Positions 44,698-54,315 are shown, counted from the first letter of the stretch. The stretch is 58,200 nt of DNA from Candidatus Woesearchaeota archaeon (GCA_018303425.1 JAGVYF010000033.1:1-58200); one strand, 5' to 3'. Notes: generated by a model not told the origin, from the letters alone. Made by a program: numbers and translations.

Positions 44698-45804
44698 ATG
44701 ATGGCACCAAAAGCGCAAGCTGCAATGGAATTCTTGATGACTTATGGTTGGGCGATTTTAGTAGTTCTTGTGGTTATAGGAGCTTTAGCATATTTTGGAG
44801 TTTTAAGTCCAACAAGTATATTGCCCGAAAAATGTTTTTTCCAAGTAGGTTTAGAATGTGAACAGTATGTTGTAGGCAATGGACAAGCACAGTTTATTGT
44901 TCGTAATAATTTAGGTAAAAAATTGACAATAAACAGTTTAAAACTTATCGATGAAAATAACAATGAAGTTTGTAGTACTTTGAGCGCAGTTTCCGGCATA
45001 GATAATGAGAAAAGTGGAACTATTACAACTTTTTGTAATATTAATAGTAATCCCGGCGACAAAAAAAAATTTACTGTAGAAATTGAATATTATACAGGGA
45101 ATGAAATATCATTCACGCATACGGCTAATGGAGAATTATTGAGTATTATTGAGGAGTTAGATTCCCCAAATATACCTTCACCCGGTGAAATGGTTTTATA
45201 TTCTTCATTTGATAACCCCCTGGATGAAAAAACTATTGATATGGGTAATGGTATAATAGGGACATGCACTGATCCGAAATGTCCAATATATCTAGATAAC
45301 CAAGGGATTCTGGGCGGAGCATACAGTTTTGAGGGGGATGATTTTATTTCAATTCCAGATGAGGATAGCTTGACAAGACAAATATTTTCAATTTCGGTTT
45401 GGGTTAAGCCTTCCGAATTAAGTGAATATGATGAAATTATTTCAAAATACAACGAATTTCTAATCAGAAGGAATGGGGCATATATTCTTTTCTATCTCTA
45501 TGAAGCGGCTAAACCTACAGCGAAATGGGAACCTAGAGTACCAGGTATAACTCTTGTTGATACGGTTAATTGGCATCACATTGTAGTAACTTATGACGGT
45601 CGATACATGTCTAGTTATGTAAACGGGATACTACAAGGTACTATAGATAGAGGAATTACTTTAACCAATAGCCCATATAATCTTGAAATTGGATCATGGG
45701 GTTCTGGAGCTAATGCATTCCATGGATTAATTGACGAAGTAATATTTTGGGATAAAGCGTTATTACCTTCAGAAGTTTCTACACTATACAATAGTTATTC
45801 TTGA
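44698..45804 (+). CDS. Type IV pilin N-terminal module fused to a LamG/concanavalin-A-like lectin domain
   Basis: The N-terminus is MMAPKA|QAAMEFLMTYGWAILVVLVVIGALAYF... The C-terminus (GGAYSFEGDDFISIPD..FSISVWVKPS..WHHIVVTYDG..YVNG..FHGLIDEVIFWDKAL) is typical of Laminin-G_3-type domains. Confidence 0.75.
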   Translation: MMAPKAQAAMEFLMTYGWAILVVLVVIGALAYFGVLSPTSILPEKCFFQVGLECEQYVVGNGQAQFIVRNNLGKKLTINSLKLIDENNNEVCSTLSAVSGIDNEKSGTITTFCNINSNPGDKKKFTVEIEYYTGNEISFTHTANGELLSIIEELDSPNIPSPGEMVLYSSFDNPLDEKTIDMGNGIIGTCTDPKCPIYLDNQGILGGAYSFEGDDFISIPDEDSLTRQIFSISVWVKPSELSEYDEIISKYNEFLIRRNGAYILFYLYEAAKPTAKWEPRVPGITLVDTVNWHHIVVTYDGRYMSSYVNGILQGTIDRGITLTNSPYNLEIGSWGSGANAFHGLIDEVIFWDKALLPSEVSTLYNSYS

Positions 45805-45846
45805 ACCTAATAATCCTTTTAAGGTAGTTTGATGTTGTTTTTTCTT

Positions 45847-48315
45847 ATGTTAATTAAATCGCTTAAATTGAAAAACATACGAAGTTATAAGAATGAAATT
45901 ATTAATTTTCCGGCAGGTTCCACTTTACTTGCCGGAGACATCGGTGCAGGAAAATCGACTATACTTCTGGCGATTGAATTTGCGCTTTTCGGTTTACGTC
46001 GAAAATATCTGACAGGACCTGCCTTGCTGCGCAAAGGCGCAAGAGAGGGGGAGGTTGAACTTGCCTTTTCATTGCCAAATAAAGAAATTATTGTTAAACG
46101 TGTTTTAAAAAAAAACAATAAAACAGTTGAACAAAGTTCGGGACACATCATTCTTAACGGAGTTAAACAAGATTTGACTGCTGTCGAGTTAAAAGCAAAA
46201 ATGTTAGAACTCTTAAATTATCCGATGGAATTACTGAATAAATCCAAAAATTTGATTTATACTTATACGGTCTATACTCCGCAGGAAGAAATGAAATCAA
46301 TTTTAACAGAGGAACCGGATATAAGGTTAGACGTCCTAAGAAAAGTGTTTGGATTCAGCAAATACAAGGTTATTCGGGAAAACAGCATGATTGCATTTAA
46401 AGAAATGCGCAATAAAGTTAAAGTGTTTGAAGGAAACACGACAGATTTAACTGAAAAAATAAAGTTTAAAGAACAATATATGCAGGAATTAAACCGCTCA
46501 GAAAAAATTTTGGAAGACACGGTTAAAAAAATAAATATTATAAAACTTGACATGGGAAAAAAAAAAAGTGAAATGCATGCGCTTGAAAAACAAAGAGAAG
46601 AATTACAGGGATTAAACCAAAGCTTGTTAAATGTAAAAATTAGAGTTGAAGAACGGATAAAAAATAAAAATTTAATCCTTGCAAATATAATTAATACTGA
46701 AGAAGAGCTAAACTTGCTAAAAAATCGGATTGATGCTTTGATTCTTGTTAAACCTCTAAATACAAAAGAAGAAATTGAAAAAGAATTAAAAAATAAAGAA
46801 AGTTTAGTTTATAGCGTAATTAACCAGGAAAATGCAGTTAAAATTAAACTTGTACAGTTCCAAGCATCAATAACTTTATTGGAGAAAGAAATTAATGAAT
46901 TAAATTTAAAATCTAAAGAGTATGAAATTGACGTGTTAGAGCTTAATAAACTTTATACCGAGATTGCAGGTAAAAACACAATACAGACAAAACAAAAAGA
47001 GCTTGAACAGAGGTTTATTAAAATTAATGAAAAAATTCAGGAATTTAATCTAAAAAAATACACTGCTCTAGAAACCATAGAAAAGATAACCCGGCTTGAT
47101 AACTGCCCATTATGCTTGCAGGAAGTTTCACATATGCACAAAAATCAGATTCATTCAACTGAAACTGATAAAATTAGCGTGTTAAATGATCGGTTAAACA
47201 AAAGTTTTCAAGAAAAAAGCATAATTGAAACTGAACTTAACAATATTTCTGATTTTTTAGAAAATTTAGGGGTTAAAGAGTCAGGATATATTAGGTTAAA
47301 ATTGAAAATTGAAATGTTTAACCCTTCAAAGATTAAAGACAAACATGAACAATTAAATGAGTTAACAAACTTTAAACAAGATTATAATTTTAAATTACAA
47401 GAAATTTTAAAGAATGATGTAATCACTATCAAAAACGAGATAGATAAGCTGAGGCAAGAATTAAAAGTTTGGCAAAGGTATGAATTTTCTGCAAAAGATA
47501 AATTGGATTGGAAAAAACGTTCAGAAACTCTTGCAGTGTTAAAAATAAAACAACAAGAACAGTTAGCTGAAATTGAAAGGGAAACTATTGATCTTGAATC
47601 TAATAAAAAAACGTTTATAGGGAGTCTTGAAAAATATAAAGATTTAGAAATTAAATTTAAGATATTAAAAGAAGAAATCGAAAATATCAACACAATTGAG
47701 AAAGAGTTAATCGCAAACCAAGCCACTCAAAAAAAAGGAATAATTGACCTTGAAAGACAATTGCAAATTTTAGCTGTTGAAATTGACAAAAAAGAAAAAC
47801 AAGCAAAAGAAATGAACAAATTAAACCAAATGATTAATTGGCTAAATAAAAGTTTTATCCCGTTAACAGTGACAATTGAACAACAAATGATGGCACATGT
47901 ATATAATTTATTTGATGAATTATTTAAAAAATGGTTAAATATGTTAATCGAAGATGATTTATTAACTGTTAGCTTGGATCAAGAGTTCAGCCCTTTAATA
48001 TGTCAAAATGGATTTGATGTTGAATATGAACATTTATCAGGAGGAGAAAAAACATCTATTGCTTTGGCCTACAGATTAGCGCTAAATAAAATAGTAAATG
48101 AATTATACCGCGGTATTGGCACATACGATATAATCATATTAGATGAACCAACCGATGGATTTTCTCATGAACATTTAGATAAGTTAAAAGACGTATTTGA
48201 TGAGTTGAAAATGAATCAGTTAATTATTGTTTCTCACGAAAATAAAATTGAAAGTTTTGTTGAACACGTTGTGCATATTGTTAAGAATGAACACGTTAGT
48301 GTTGTGAGTGATTAA
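45847..48315 (+). CDS. rad50: Rad50/SbcC-type SMC-like ATPase
   Basis: It has Walker A (LAGDIGAGKSTILLAIEFALFG), long coiled coils, a zinc hook (NCPLCLQEV), the signature motif (LSGGEKTSIALAYRLAL) and Walker B (IIILDEPTDGF). I placed the start at ATG 45847. Confidence 0.85.
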   Translation: MLIKSLKLKNIRSYKNEIINFPAGSTLLAGDIGAGKSTILLAIEFALFGLRRKYLTGPALLRKGAREGEVELAFSLPNKEIIVKRVLKKNNKTVEQSSGHIILNGVKQDLTAVELKAKMLELLNYPMELLNKSKNLIYTYTVYTPQEEMKSILTEEPDIRLDVLRKVFGFSKYKVIRENSMIAFKEMRNKVKVFEGNTTDLTEKIKFKEQYMQELNRSEKILEDTVKKINIIKLDMGKKKSEMHALEKQREELQGLNQSLLNVKIRVEERIKNKNLILANIINTEEELNLLKNRIDALILVKPLNTKEEIEKELKNKESLVYSVINQENAVKIKLVQFQASITLLEKEINELNLKSKEYEIDVLELNKLYTEIAGKNTIQTKQKELEQRFIKINEKIQEFNLKKYTALETIEKITRLDNCPLCLQEVSHMHKNQIHSTETDKISVLNDRLNKSFQEKSIIETELNNISDFLENLGVKESGYIRLKLKIEMFNPSKIKDKHEQLNELTNFKQDYNFKLQEILKNDVITIKNEIDKLRQELKVWQRYEFSAKDKLDWKKRSETLAVLKIKQQEQLAEIERETIDLESNKKTFIGSLEKYKDLEIKFKILKEEIENINTIEKELIANQATQKKGIIDLERQLQILAVEIDKKEKQAKEMNKLNQMINWLNKSFIPLTVTIEQQMMAHVYNLFDELFKKWLNMLIEDDLLTVSLDQEFSPLICQNGFDVEYEHLSGGEKTSIALAYRLALNKIVNELYRGIGTYDIIILDEPTDGFSHEHLDKLKDVFDELKMNQLIIVSHENKIESFVEHVVHIVKNEHVSVVSD

Positions 48316-48466
48316 TTTTTGGAGCGATTTTATAAGAAACTATAGCTGAAACAATTATAACTGACCATAGCATTAATTGGGTAATTAAACCTAAAGCAAA
48401 TAAAACTATATTCATAACTAAAATAATAATTAGTGATACGGAAATTGCTTGCAACCAGCGATTCAT
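48296..48466 (-). CDS. Possible 56-aa membrane peptide
   Basis: It reads MNRWLQAISVSLIIILVMNIVLFALGLITQLMLWSVIIVSAIVSYKIAPKINHSQH. Its ATG overlaps the stop of the upstream gene (ATGA). It is below the ORF-track size cutoff. Confidence 0.35.
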   Translation of the reverse strand: MNRWLQAISVSLIIILVMNIVLFALGLITQLMLWSVIIVSAIVSYKIAPKINHSQH

Positions 48467-48678
48467 TTTCTTCTGTGTCTATGTATTTTTTGGAACCAGA
48501 GCAGATATATAATAGGCAAAATCCCTAATGTGTTAAGCAAAAGCATTATAATAAACCAATAAACCTGGCCATTTTTAGCAGCTTTCCACATACCAATGCC
48601 TTCCCAAATTGCTGTCCACAATAATGAAATTCCCAGAAGCATTAAACTGACTCCTTCAAAAATGGGGTATGTTAGCAT
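48463..48678 (-). CDS. Small two-TM membrane protein
   Basis: It is 71 aa with two hydrophobic helices. The YWFIIMLLLNTLGILPIIYLLWF motif resembles the C-terminal anchor of ORF 32906..34264. Confidence 0.5.
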   Translation of the reverse strand: MLTYPIFEGVSLMLLGISLLWTAIWEGIGMWKAAKNGQVYWFIIMLLLNTLGILPIIYLLWFQKIHRHRRK

Positions 48679-48745
48679 TTTTTAGTTCACTTGTTATTAT
48701 TTGGGGCAGTTACCTTTATAAAATATTCTATATTCTGAAATAATT

Positions 48746-49678
48746 ATGACCAAAAAAGTTTGGTTTGGACGATGTATATTTTTAAGTTGGTACTGTGATA
48801 TTGGTACTTGCCAGTTTTGTTACCGTGCAACTATTAAAAGCCGTATATCGCATGCAGAACATGCCAAAAGATCGCTTAGCTCAATATTAGTTGAAGCGTT
48901 GCTTGCAAAGAATTTAAGATGGCGTATTGAATTTTTAACTGGCGGTTATAAGATATATCCAATGCCCGAATTAGTTGAAATTACTCGGTTAGTAAGTTCC
49001 ATATACGGCAAAAAGATATGGTTAAACCTTGGAGTTTTGTCTAAAGAAGACTTGAACCAGTTTAGGCCTTATGTTAAAGGTATAGTTGCATCTATCGAAT
49101 GCATCAATCCTAAATTACACGATAAAATTTGCCCAGATAAACAAATTCAGCCATATGAAGAAATGTTTTCTTATGCAGGCGACCTGAAAAAATCTATAAC
49201 AATTGTGATAGGCCTTGGCGAAGTTCGCAAAGATTTTTCATTGTTAAAACAATTTATTGAAAAGCATAAACTTAACAGGATTACTTTCTATGCTCTAAAA
49301 CCTGTAACTGGTACCCCGTTTAGTCATGGACCAACTGAAGAAGAGTATACTTGGTGGATTTCTGAAACACGAAAAGCGTTTCCGGATTTACAAATTATCG
49401 CGGGCATTACCCCTAGAACAGTTAACTATGTATTACCTGTACTGGAAGCTGGAGCTGATGCTATCACTAAATTTCCGGCAACTAAAAAATTTGGTTCTGC
49501 TGATGCAATATCATTTGAAAAGCAAGTTAAGGAAGCAGGCCATGAGTTTGTCAGTACATTGACTAAATTACCTGATGTTAATTGGGATGCGCAGATTTCT
49601 GAACTAGATATTCCCGAAAAAATGAAACGGGATGTTAAGGAACAGCTTGAGATGTATCTGAAAAGGATGAAGCAGTAA
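48746..49678 (+). CDS. Radical SAM protein, BioB-like
   Basis: The Cys cluster is WYCDIGTCQFC (spacing Cx4Cx2C). It also has ITIVIGLGEV and FYALKPVTGTPF, which resemble the BioB GlGE and GTP motifs. Confidence 0.6.
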   Translation: MTKKVWFGRCIFLSWYCDIGTCQFCYRATIKSRISHAEHAKRSLSSILVEALLAKNLRWRIEFLTGGYKIYPMPELVEITRLVSSIYGKKIWLNLGVLSKEDLNQFRPYVKGIVASIECINPKLHDKICPDKQIQPYEEMFSYAGDLKKSITIVIGLGEVRKDFSLLKQFIEKHKLNRITFYALKPVTGTPFSHGPTEEEYTWWISETRKAFPDLQIIAGITPRTVNYVLPVLEAGADAITKFPATKKFGSADAISFEKQVKEAGHEFVSTLTKLPDVNWDAQISELDIPEKMKRDVKEQLEMYLKRMKQ

Positions 49679-49709
49679 GCTTTATATAAGCTAATTCTTT
49701 TGTAAGTGT

Positions 49710-51161
49710 ATGAGTAAAGAAAATAAGATTGGTTTAACCGTTAAGAAATCAAATGATTTTAGTGAATGGTTCACTCAAATTCTACAGAAAGCAGATTTAA
49801 CTGATTATACTGAAGTTTCCGGTTGTATAGTATTCAAACCAAGAATCTGGGCAGTCTGGGAAAAGATAAGAGATGAAGTTGATACAAGGATTAAACCTTT
49901 GGGTATTAAAAATGTTTATTTTCCAATGTTTATTCCTGAAAAATTTTTGACAAAAGAAGCCGACCATGTCAAAGGATTTGCGCCTGAAGTCGCATGGGTA
50001 ACTCATGCAGGCAATACAAAATTAAGTGAACGGTTGGCTGTACGTCCTACATCTGAAGCTATCATGTATCCTTCATTCTCAAATTGGACAAGGTCATGGA
50101 GAGATTTGCCTATAAAACTAAACCAATGGAGTAATGTTGTAAGATGGGAATTTAAGCATGCAACTCCTTTACTTAGAACCAGAGAATTCTTATTTAATGA
50201 AGGACACACGGTTTTTGCTACCGAAGAAGAAGCTTTAGCTGAACAAAAACAAATAATTGATATGTATACAGATATTTGCGAAAATTATTTGGCAATACCC
50301 GCGCATATTGGAAATAAAAGTGAAAAAGAAAAGTTTGCTGGCGCAGTATTTACAACCTCAATGGAATTTTACATGCCTAATGGCCGTTCTATTCAAGGAC
50401 CTGATTTTCACCATAACGGACAAAACTTTGCAAAAGCTTACGAGATTAAATATTTAGACCAAACCGAAAAAGAACAATATGCATGGCAAAATACCTGGGC
50501 AATCTCATCCCGGATGCTTGGTGTAGCTGTTGCGGTGCATAGTGATGATAATGGTTTGGTTCTGCCGCCTAAAATCGCTTCTGAACAAATTGTTATTGTA
50601 CCTATATTATTTGATGATACTAAAAAAAAAGTCCTTGCTAAAGCTGAAGAGATTAAAAAAAAACTAGATAAGCAAAAATTAAAAGTTATCCTTGATGATA
50701 GAAATGAATATTCAGCAGGATGGAAATTTAATGAATGGGAATTGAAAGGAGTTCCCATACGTATCGAACTTGGACCAAAAGATATTGAAAATGGCACTGC
50801 AATACTGGTTAGGCGTGATACTTTAAAAAAAGAATCTGTCAAACTGGAAGATATACATAAACAAGTGCCTAAAATGCTAGATGATATGCAAAAAAGTTTG
50901 TTCAAGAAAGCTAAAAAAATGTTAGAAGATAATACCTTGGAAGTTAAAAACAGGAAAGAGTTCTTGGAAGCTGTTGATAACAAGAAAATTGTACAGGCTT
51001 ATTGGTGCGCTGAAAGAAAGTGTGAAGATTTGATTAAAGATGAAACAAATGGCGTTAAAACTCTTAACAGCCCATTTAAACAGCCTTCGATGAAAGGTAA
51101 AAAATGCATATATTGTGGTAAAGATGCTAAAATGTATTTCTTATTCGGGCGTTCTTATTAA
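49710..51161 (+). CDS. proS: Proline--tRNA ligase (archaeal/eukaryotic type)
   Basis: It has class II motifs (..RPTSEAIMYP.., WSNVVRWEF..TPLLRTREFLFNEGH, ..WQNTWAISSRMLG) and the C-terminal Zn-type tail ending ..FGRSY. Confidence 0.9.
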   Translation: MSKENKIGLTVKKSNDFSEWFTQILQKADLTDYTEVSGCIVFKPRIWAVWEKIRDEVDTRIKPLGIKNVYFPMFIPEKFLTKEADHVKGFAPEVAWVTHAGNTKLSERLAVRPTSEAIMYPSFSNWTRSWRDLPIKLNQWSNVVRWEFKHATPLLRTREFLFNEGHTVFATEEEALAEQKQIIDMYTDICENYLAIPAHIGNKSEKEKFAGAVFTTSMEFYMPNGRSIQGPDFHHNGQNFAKAYEIKYLDQTEKEQYAWQNTWAISSRMLGVAVAVHSDDNGLVLPPKIASEQIVIVPILFDDTKKKVLAKAEEIKKKLDKQKLKVILDDRNEYSAGWKFNEWELKGVPIRIELGPKDIENGTAILVRRDTLKKESVKLEDIHKQVPKMLDDMQKSLFKKAKKMLEDNTLEVKNRKEFLEAVDNKKIVQAYWCAERKCEDLIKDETNGVKTLNSPFKQPSMKGKKCIYCGKDAKMYFLFGRSY

Positions 51162-51262
51162 TTAGATTTTGCTGTAACATTTAATATAGATAATTTTTAT
51201 AAGAAAATAATATGCCTAAGAAAAGTTAAATTTATAAACCATTTCTAGTTCTATTCTTTTAT

Positions 51263-51346
51263 GCTGCGATCGCATAACTCGGTAGTGCGCTGGCCTTGAG
51301 AGCCAGTTTCCTTAGGGATTTCCCGGTTCAAATCCGGGTCGCAGCG
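51263..51346 (+). tRNA. tRNA-Ser (anticodon UGA), type II with long variable arm, no encoded CCA
   Basis: I folded it by hand. The acceptor stem GCTGCGA/TCGCAGC is perfect (7 bp). The D arm is GCAT-AACTCGGTA-GTGC. The anticodon stem CTGGC/GCCAG closes the loop CTTGAGA. The variable arm is 15 nt (TTCC-TTA-GGGA). The T arm is CCCGG-TTCAAAT-CCGGG and the discriminator is G. Confidence 0.9.
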
Positions 51347-51349
51347 CTA

Positions 51350-51355
51350 TTTTTT
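51350..51355 (+). terminator. Oligo-T tract after the tRNA
   Basis: TTTTTT lies 4 nt after the discriminator base. Archaeal terminators are oligo-T runs. Confidence 0.4.
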
Positions 51356-51604
51356 AAGCAATTTTTATGTGAAATTAGATCATTCTTATTTTAATTCTTT
51401 ACCATATAAAAATCTACTAAAAAAATAAACTAAAAAAACACAAGTTTTATAAACTAATCTTCATTCATATATATAAAGTTATTGTAGTCATTATTAATTG
51501 ACTTTTTTAAAAAAATATGAAATAGATACTAAAACATAATTAATATTCATAAAATTTAAGCTCATACAAAAAATTTGCGCTTAGAAAACCAGGAGGTTTT
51601 AAAT

Positions 51605-52528
51605 ATGTCAATGGTAAAAAAATGCCCGGAATGTGGAAGTATAAATTTATTTTGGAACCAAGAAAAAGGAGAAATTATTTGTAAAGACTGTGGTCTTGTT
51701 ATTGAAGATAAAATGGTTGATTTTAGCCAGGAATGGAGAGCATTTGACTCTGAAGGGGTAGAAAGAAAACGCAGAACCGGCGCACCTATGACTTATACTG
51801 AATATGACAAAGGTTTAGGCACAGAAGTGGGCCAAAAAGGAGATTTATTAAAATTACAAGGAAAAAGTAGAAGTAAATTTTTTAGATTAAGAAAATGGCA
51901 ATATAGAATAAGTACTGCTATTGAAAGAAATTTAAAACTTGCGCTCGCTGAACTTAAAAGAGTATCAAGCTACTTAAAATTACCTAAATCTGTAGAAGAA
52001 GAAGCTGCAAGAATTTATACGCAAGCTGTGCAAAGAGGTCTTGTGCGGGGCCGTTCAATGGAATCTGTTGTTGCGGGCGCATTATACGCTGCTTGCAGAA
52101 GGCATGAAGTTCCAAGAACACTTGACGAGCTTGCAGAAAGTTCAAACATCGAAAAGAAAGAAATAGGTAGAACTTATAGATTTATAACAAGAGAACTCGG
52201 AATAAGTATCCTACCAAGCAACCCTGCGGATTACATCGCAAGATTTAGCTCAGCTTTAAAACTTAACCCTGAAACTCAGTCAACTGCAATAGAAATTCTG
52301 GAAAAAGCGCAAAAGGCCGAACTTACATCCGGTAGAGGTCCAACTGGTATAGCTGCTGCATCTTTATATGTTGCGGCATTATTACATGGCGAAAAACGCA
52401 CACAAAGAGAAGTTGCGGATGTAGCCGGTGTAACTGAAGTTACTATTAGAAATAGGTATAAAGAGTTGCTTGAAAAGCTTAAACTTGGCAGCGATGTTAA
52501 AAAAGTAAAGAAAAAAAATAAACCTTAA
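51605..52528 (+). CDS. tfb: Transcription initiation factor B (TFB)
   Basis: It has a Zn ribbon (CPECGS..CKDCG) and two cyclin-like repeats. The start is at ATG 51605, preceded by GGAGG. Confidence 0.95.
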   Translation: MSMVKKCPECGSINLFWNQEKGEIICKDCGLVIEDKMVDFSQEWRAFDSEGVERKRRTGAPMTYTEYDKGLGTEVGQKGDLLKLQGKSRSKFFRLRKWQYRISTAIERNLKLALAELKRVSSYLKLPKSVEEEAARIYTQAVQRGLVRGRSMESVVAGALYAACRRHEVPRTLDELAESSNIEKKEIGRTYRFITRELGISILPSNPADYIARFSSALKLNPETQSTAIEILEKAQKAELTSGRGPTGIAAASLYVAALLHGEKRTQREVADVAGVTEVTIRNRYKELLEKLKLGSDVKKVKKKNKP

Positions 52529-52610
52529 TTTGTCAAAAGCTCACTATAAACCAGGTATTTTGGCTATTGAATAACCCCAGTTAAAAATAATTGAAAAGGG
52601 GGGGGATATT

Positions 52611-52874
52611 TTAATTTATTTTATCGTATTCATTAAGTTTATACATTAAAAAGGCAATATCAATATAAGTTGACCAATCTTTTTCATACCTATCTGCCTT
52701 AAGCTTAGCCATCATTCTTAATTTAGGTTGAATATAATTTTTTAAAGCATACAGCGCATGATAAACAAACATCGGGTTAGAAGATAATCCCTTTTTAATT
52801 GATTTGTTAATAATCTCAATTGTCATTTCATTTGAATAAAACCTAGTCTTAATTTCAAGATCATCCATACTCAA
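52611..52874 (-). CDS. Hypothetical protein
   Basis: It is an 87-aa ORF with no recognised motif. Confidence 0.35.
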   Translation of the reverse strand: MSMDDLEIKTRFYSNEMTIEIINKSIKKGLSSNPMFVYHALYALKNYIQPKLRMMAKLKADRYEKDWSTYIDIAFLMYKLNEYDKIN

Positions 52875-52887
52875 ACACCTTCATCAT

Positions 52888-53097
52888 CTATAATAAGATT
52901 CTAAAGATTAATAAAATAAACATTAAATAATTTCCTGAAAATGATTTATCAATATATTTCTCTTTATCATCATTATAAAATAATCCGTAACCCTTATCAA
53001 GTTTGGGAATACTAATAATATTTAACCTTTTAACCTTATCAAAATTTACAATGTTGAATAATTCGTTTTTATCTGCAAAAATCACGCATGTGAACAT
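52888..53097 (-). CDS. Hypothetical protein
   Basis: It is a 69-aa ORF with no recognised motif, on the same strand and close to its neighbours. Confidence 0.3.
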   Translation of the reverse strand: MFTCVIFADKNELFNIVNFDKVKRLNIISIPKLDKGYGLFYNDDKEKYIDKSFSGNYLMFILLIFRILL

Positions 53098-53107
53098 AGA
53101 ATTAAAA

Positions 53108-54307
53108 TTAAAGTATGCTATTTATAATTTTACCTAAAATCTTTTTATCATAAGACTTTTTATAATCTCTGGAAAGTTCTCTAAGTTTGGTAATATTTAT
53201 AAAAACTTTCTTCTTTTTTAAATCTGGTTTCATCATAGATAAATATTGGCAAAATTGCGTAACATTATGCGGTTTTGTTGATTTATTTGCTCTCTCAAAA
53301 TCTAATAAAATAGGCGTTGATTTAATTAAAATATGTTTATGGGGATGATGCATCTCCTCTTTATTAATCTTTAATTTATCCATTTCATAGCATTGCTGAA
53401 ATAAATTCCGGATAACTACCATAATATCCTCTTTATTTGATTCTTTCACATACTGCGGGAAAAATTGCCCATCGATATAATCATATATAAAATAATCATT
53501 AGTTGCTTTTAAAACTTTAGGACCGATTTTTTTTTTATTTAAAACCTTTAAAATTTCTACCTCATTCTTGATTCTGCCGCAGGCTTTAGATTTAGGATTT
53601 TTTAATTTAATTGTAACTTTTTTATTTTTAAATTTACCAGTATAAATATATCCCCTATGGCCTTTATTTAAAAACCTAAACTCCTTAATCTCATTTAATT
53701 TTTTTAATAACGGAGTTTTATCAATCTGATACAAATAAAGTTGTTCAAACATTGGCAAAATCTCTGTCTCTATAAGTTTAAACTGAAAAAGGCATTTATT
53801 AATAATTTCATCAACATAATCTTTATTTGTTAAGGAACTAAACACTAGCAAAATTTTACCATTATCTTCAAGATATTCATTAGCTTGCTCAAGAAACGTT
53901 TCAATAACCTCATAACCATGTTTACCCCCGGTAGTAATTTGTCTTGATGCCGTGTCTTCAAGTTTATCTTCCGGAAGATATGGTGGGTTAAAAATAATAA
54001 GATTATATCTTTGTTTTATATTTTGAAATAAATTTGAAATCTTGAATTCAATTATTTTATCAGAATTGGCTTTTGCATAATCAATTGCTTCCGGATTAAC
54101 ATCAACAGCCGTAACTTTTTGAGTATACTTTAATGCCTCTCTAGCAAGAATGCCTGAACCTGTACCCATATCTAACACTTGGCCTGAAGCGTATTTTTTA
54201 ATGAATTTTAATATTAAATTAGTGTCCTCTTGTGGTTCGTATATCATAGAGATTTGGGGAAATAGTTTCCTATATATAGTTTTCGGTAGATTAATTATAT
54301 ATCTCAT
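53108..54307 (-). CDS. Fusion of a HemK/Mtq2-type N5-glutamine methyltransferase and a small RIO/Bud32-like kinase domain
   Basis: The N-terminus has VLDMGTGSGILA (SAM binding) and IFNPPYLP (NPPY). The C-terminus has LNKGHRGYIYTGKFKNKKVTIKLKN (glycine loop plus Lys) and ..HHPHKHILIK..ILLDFERA. Confidence 0.65.
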   Translation of the reverse strand: MRYIINLPKTIYRKLFPQISMIYEPQEDTNLILKFIKKYASGQVLDMGTGSGILAREALKYTQKVTAVDVNPEAIDYAKANSDKIIEFKISNLFQNIKQRYNLIIFNPPYLPEDKLEDTASRQITTGGKHGYEVIETFLEQANEYLEDNGKILLVFSSLTNKDYVDEIINKCLFQFKLIETEILPMFEQLYLYQIDKTPLLKKLNEIKEFRFLNKGHRGYIYTGKFKNKKVTIKLKNPKSKACGRIKNEVEILKVLNKKKIGPKVLKATNDYFIYDYIDGQFFPQYVKESNKEDIMVVIRNLFQQCYEMDKLKINKEEMHHPHKHILIKSTPILLDFERANKSTKPHNVTQFCQYLSMMKPDLKKKKVFINITKLRELSRDYKKSYDKKILGKIINSIL

Positions 54308-54315
54308 CTATTCAA

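Noticed and set aside
45847-48315. Rad50 without an adjacent Mre11/HerA/NurA might be an anomaly.
   Set aside because: Gene order for these loci varies, and the partners may lie outside the window. No evidence in this sequence points to a novel system.
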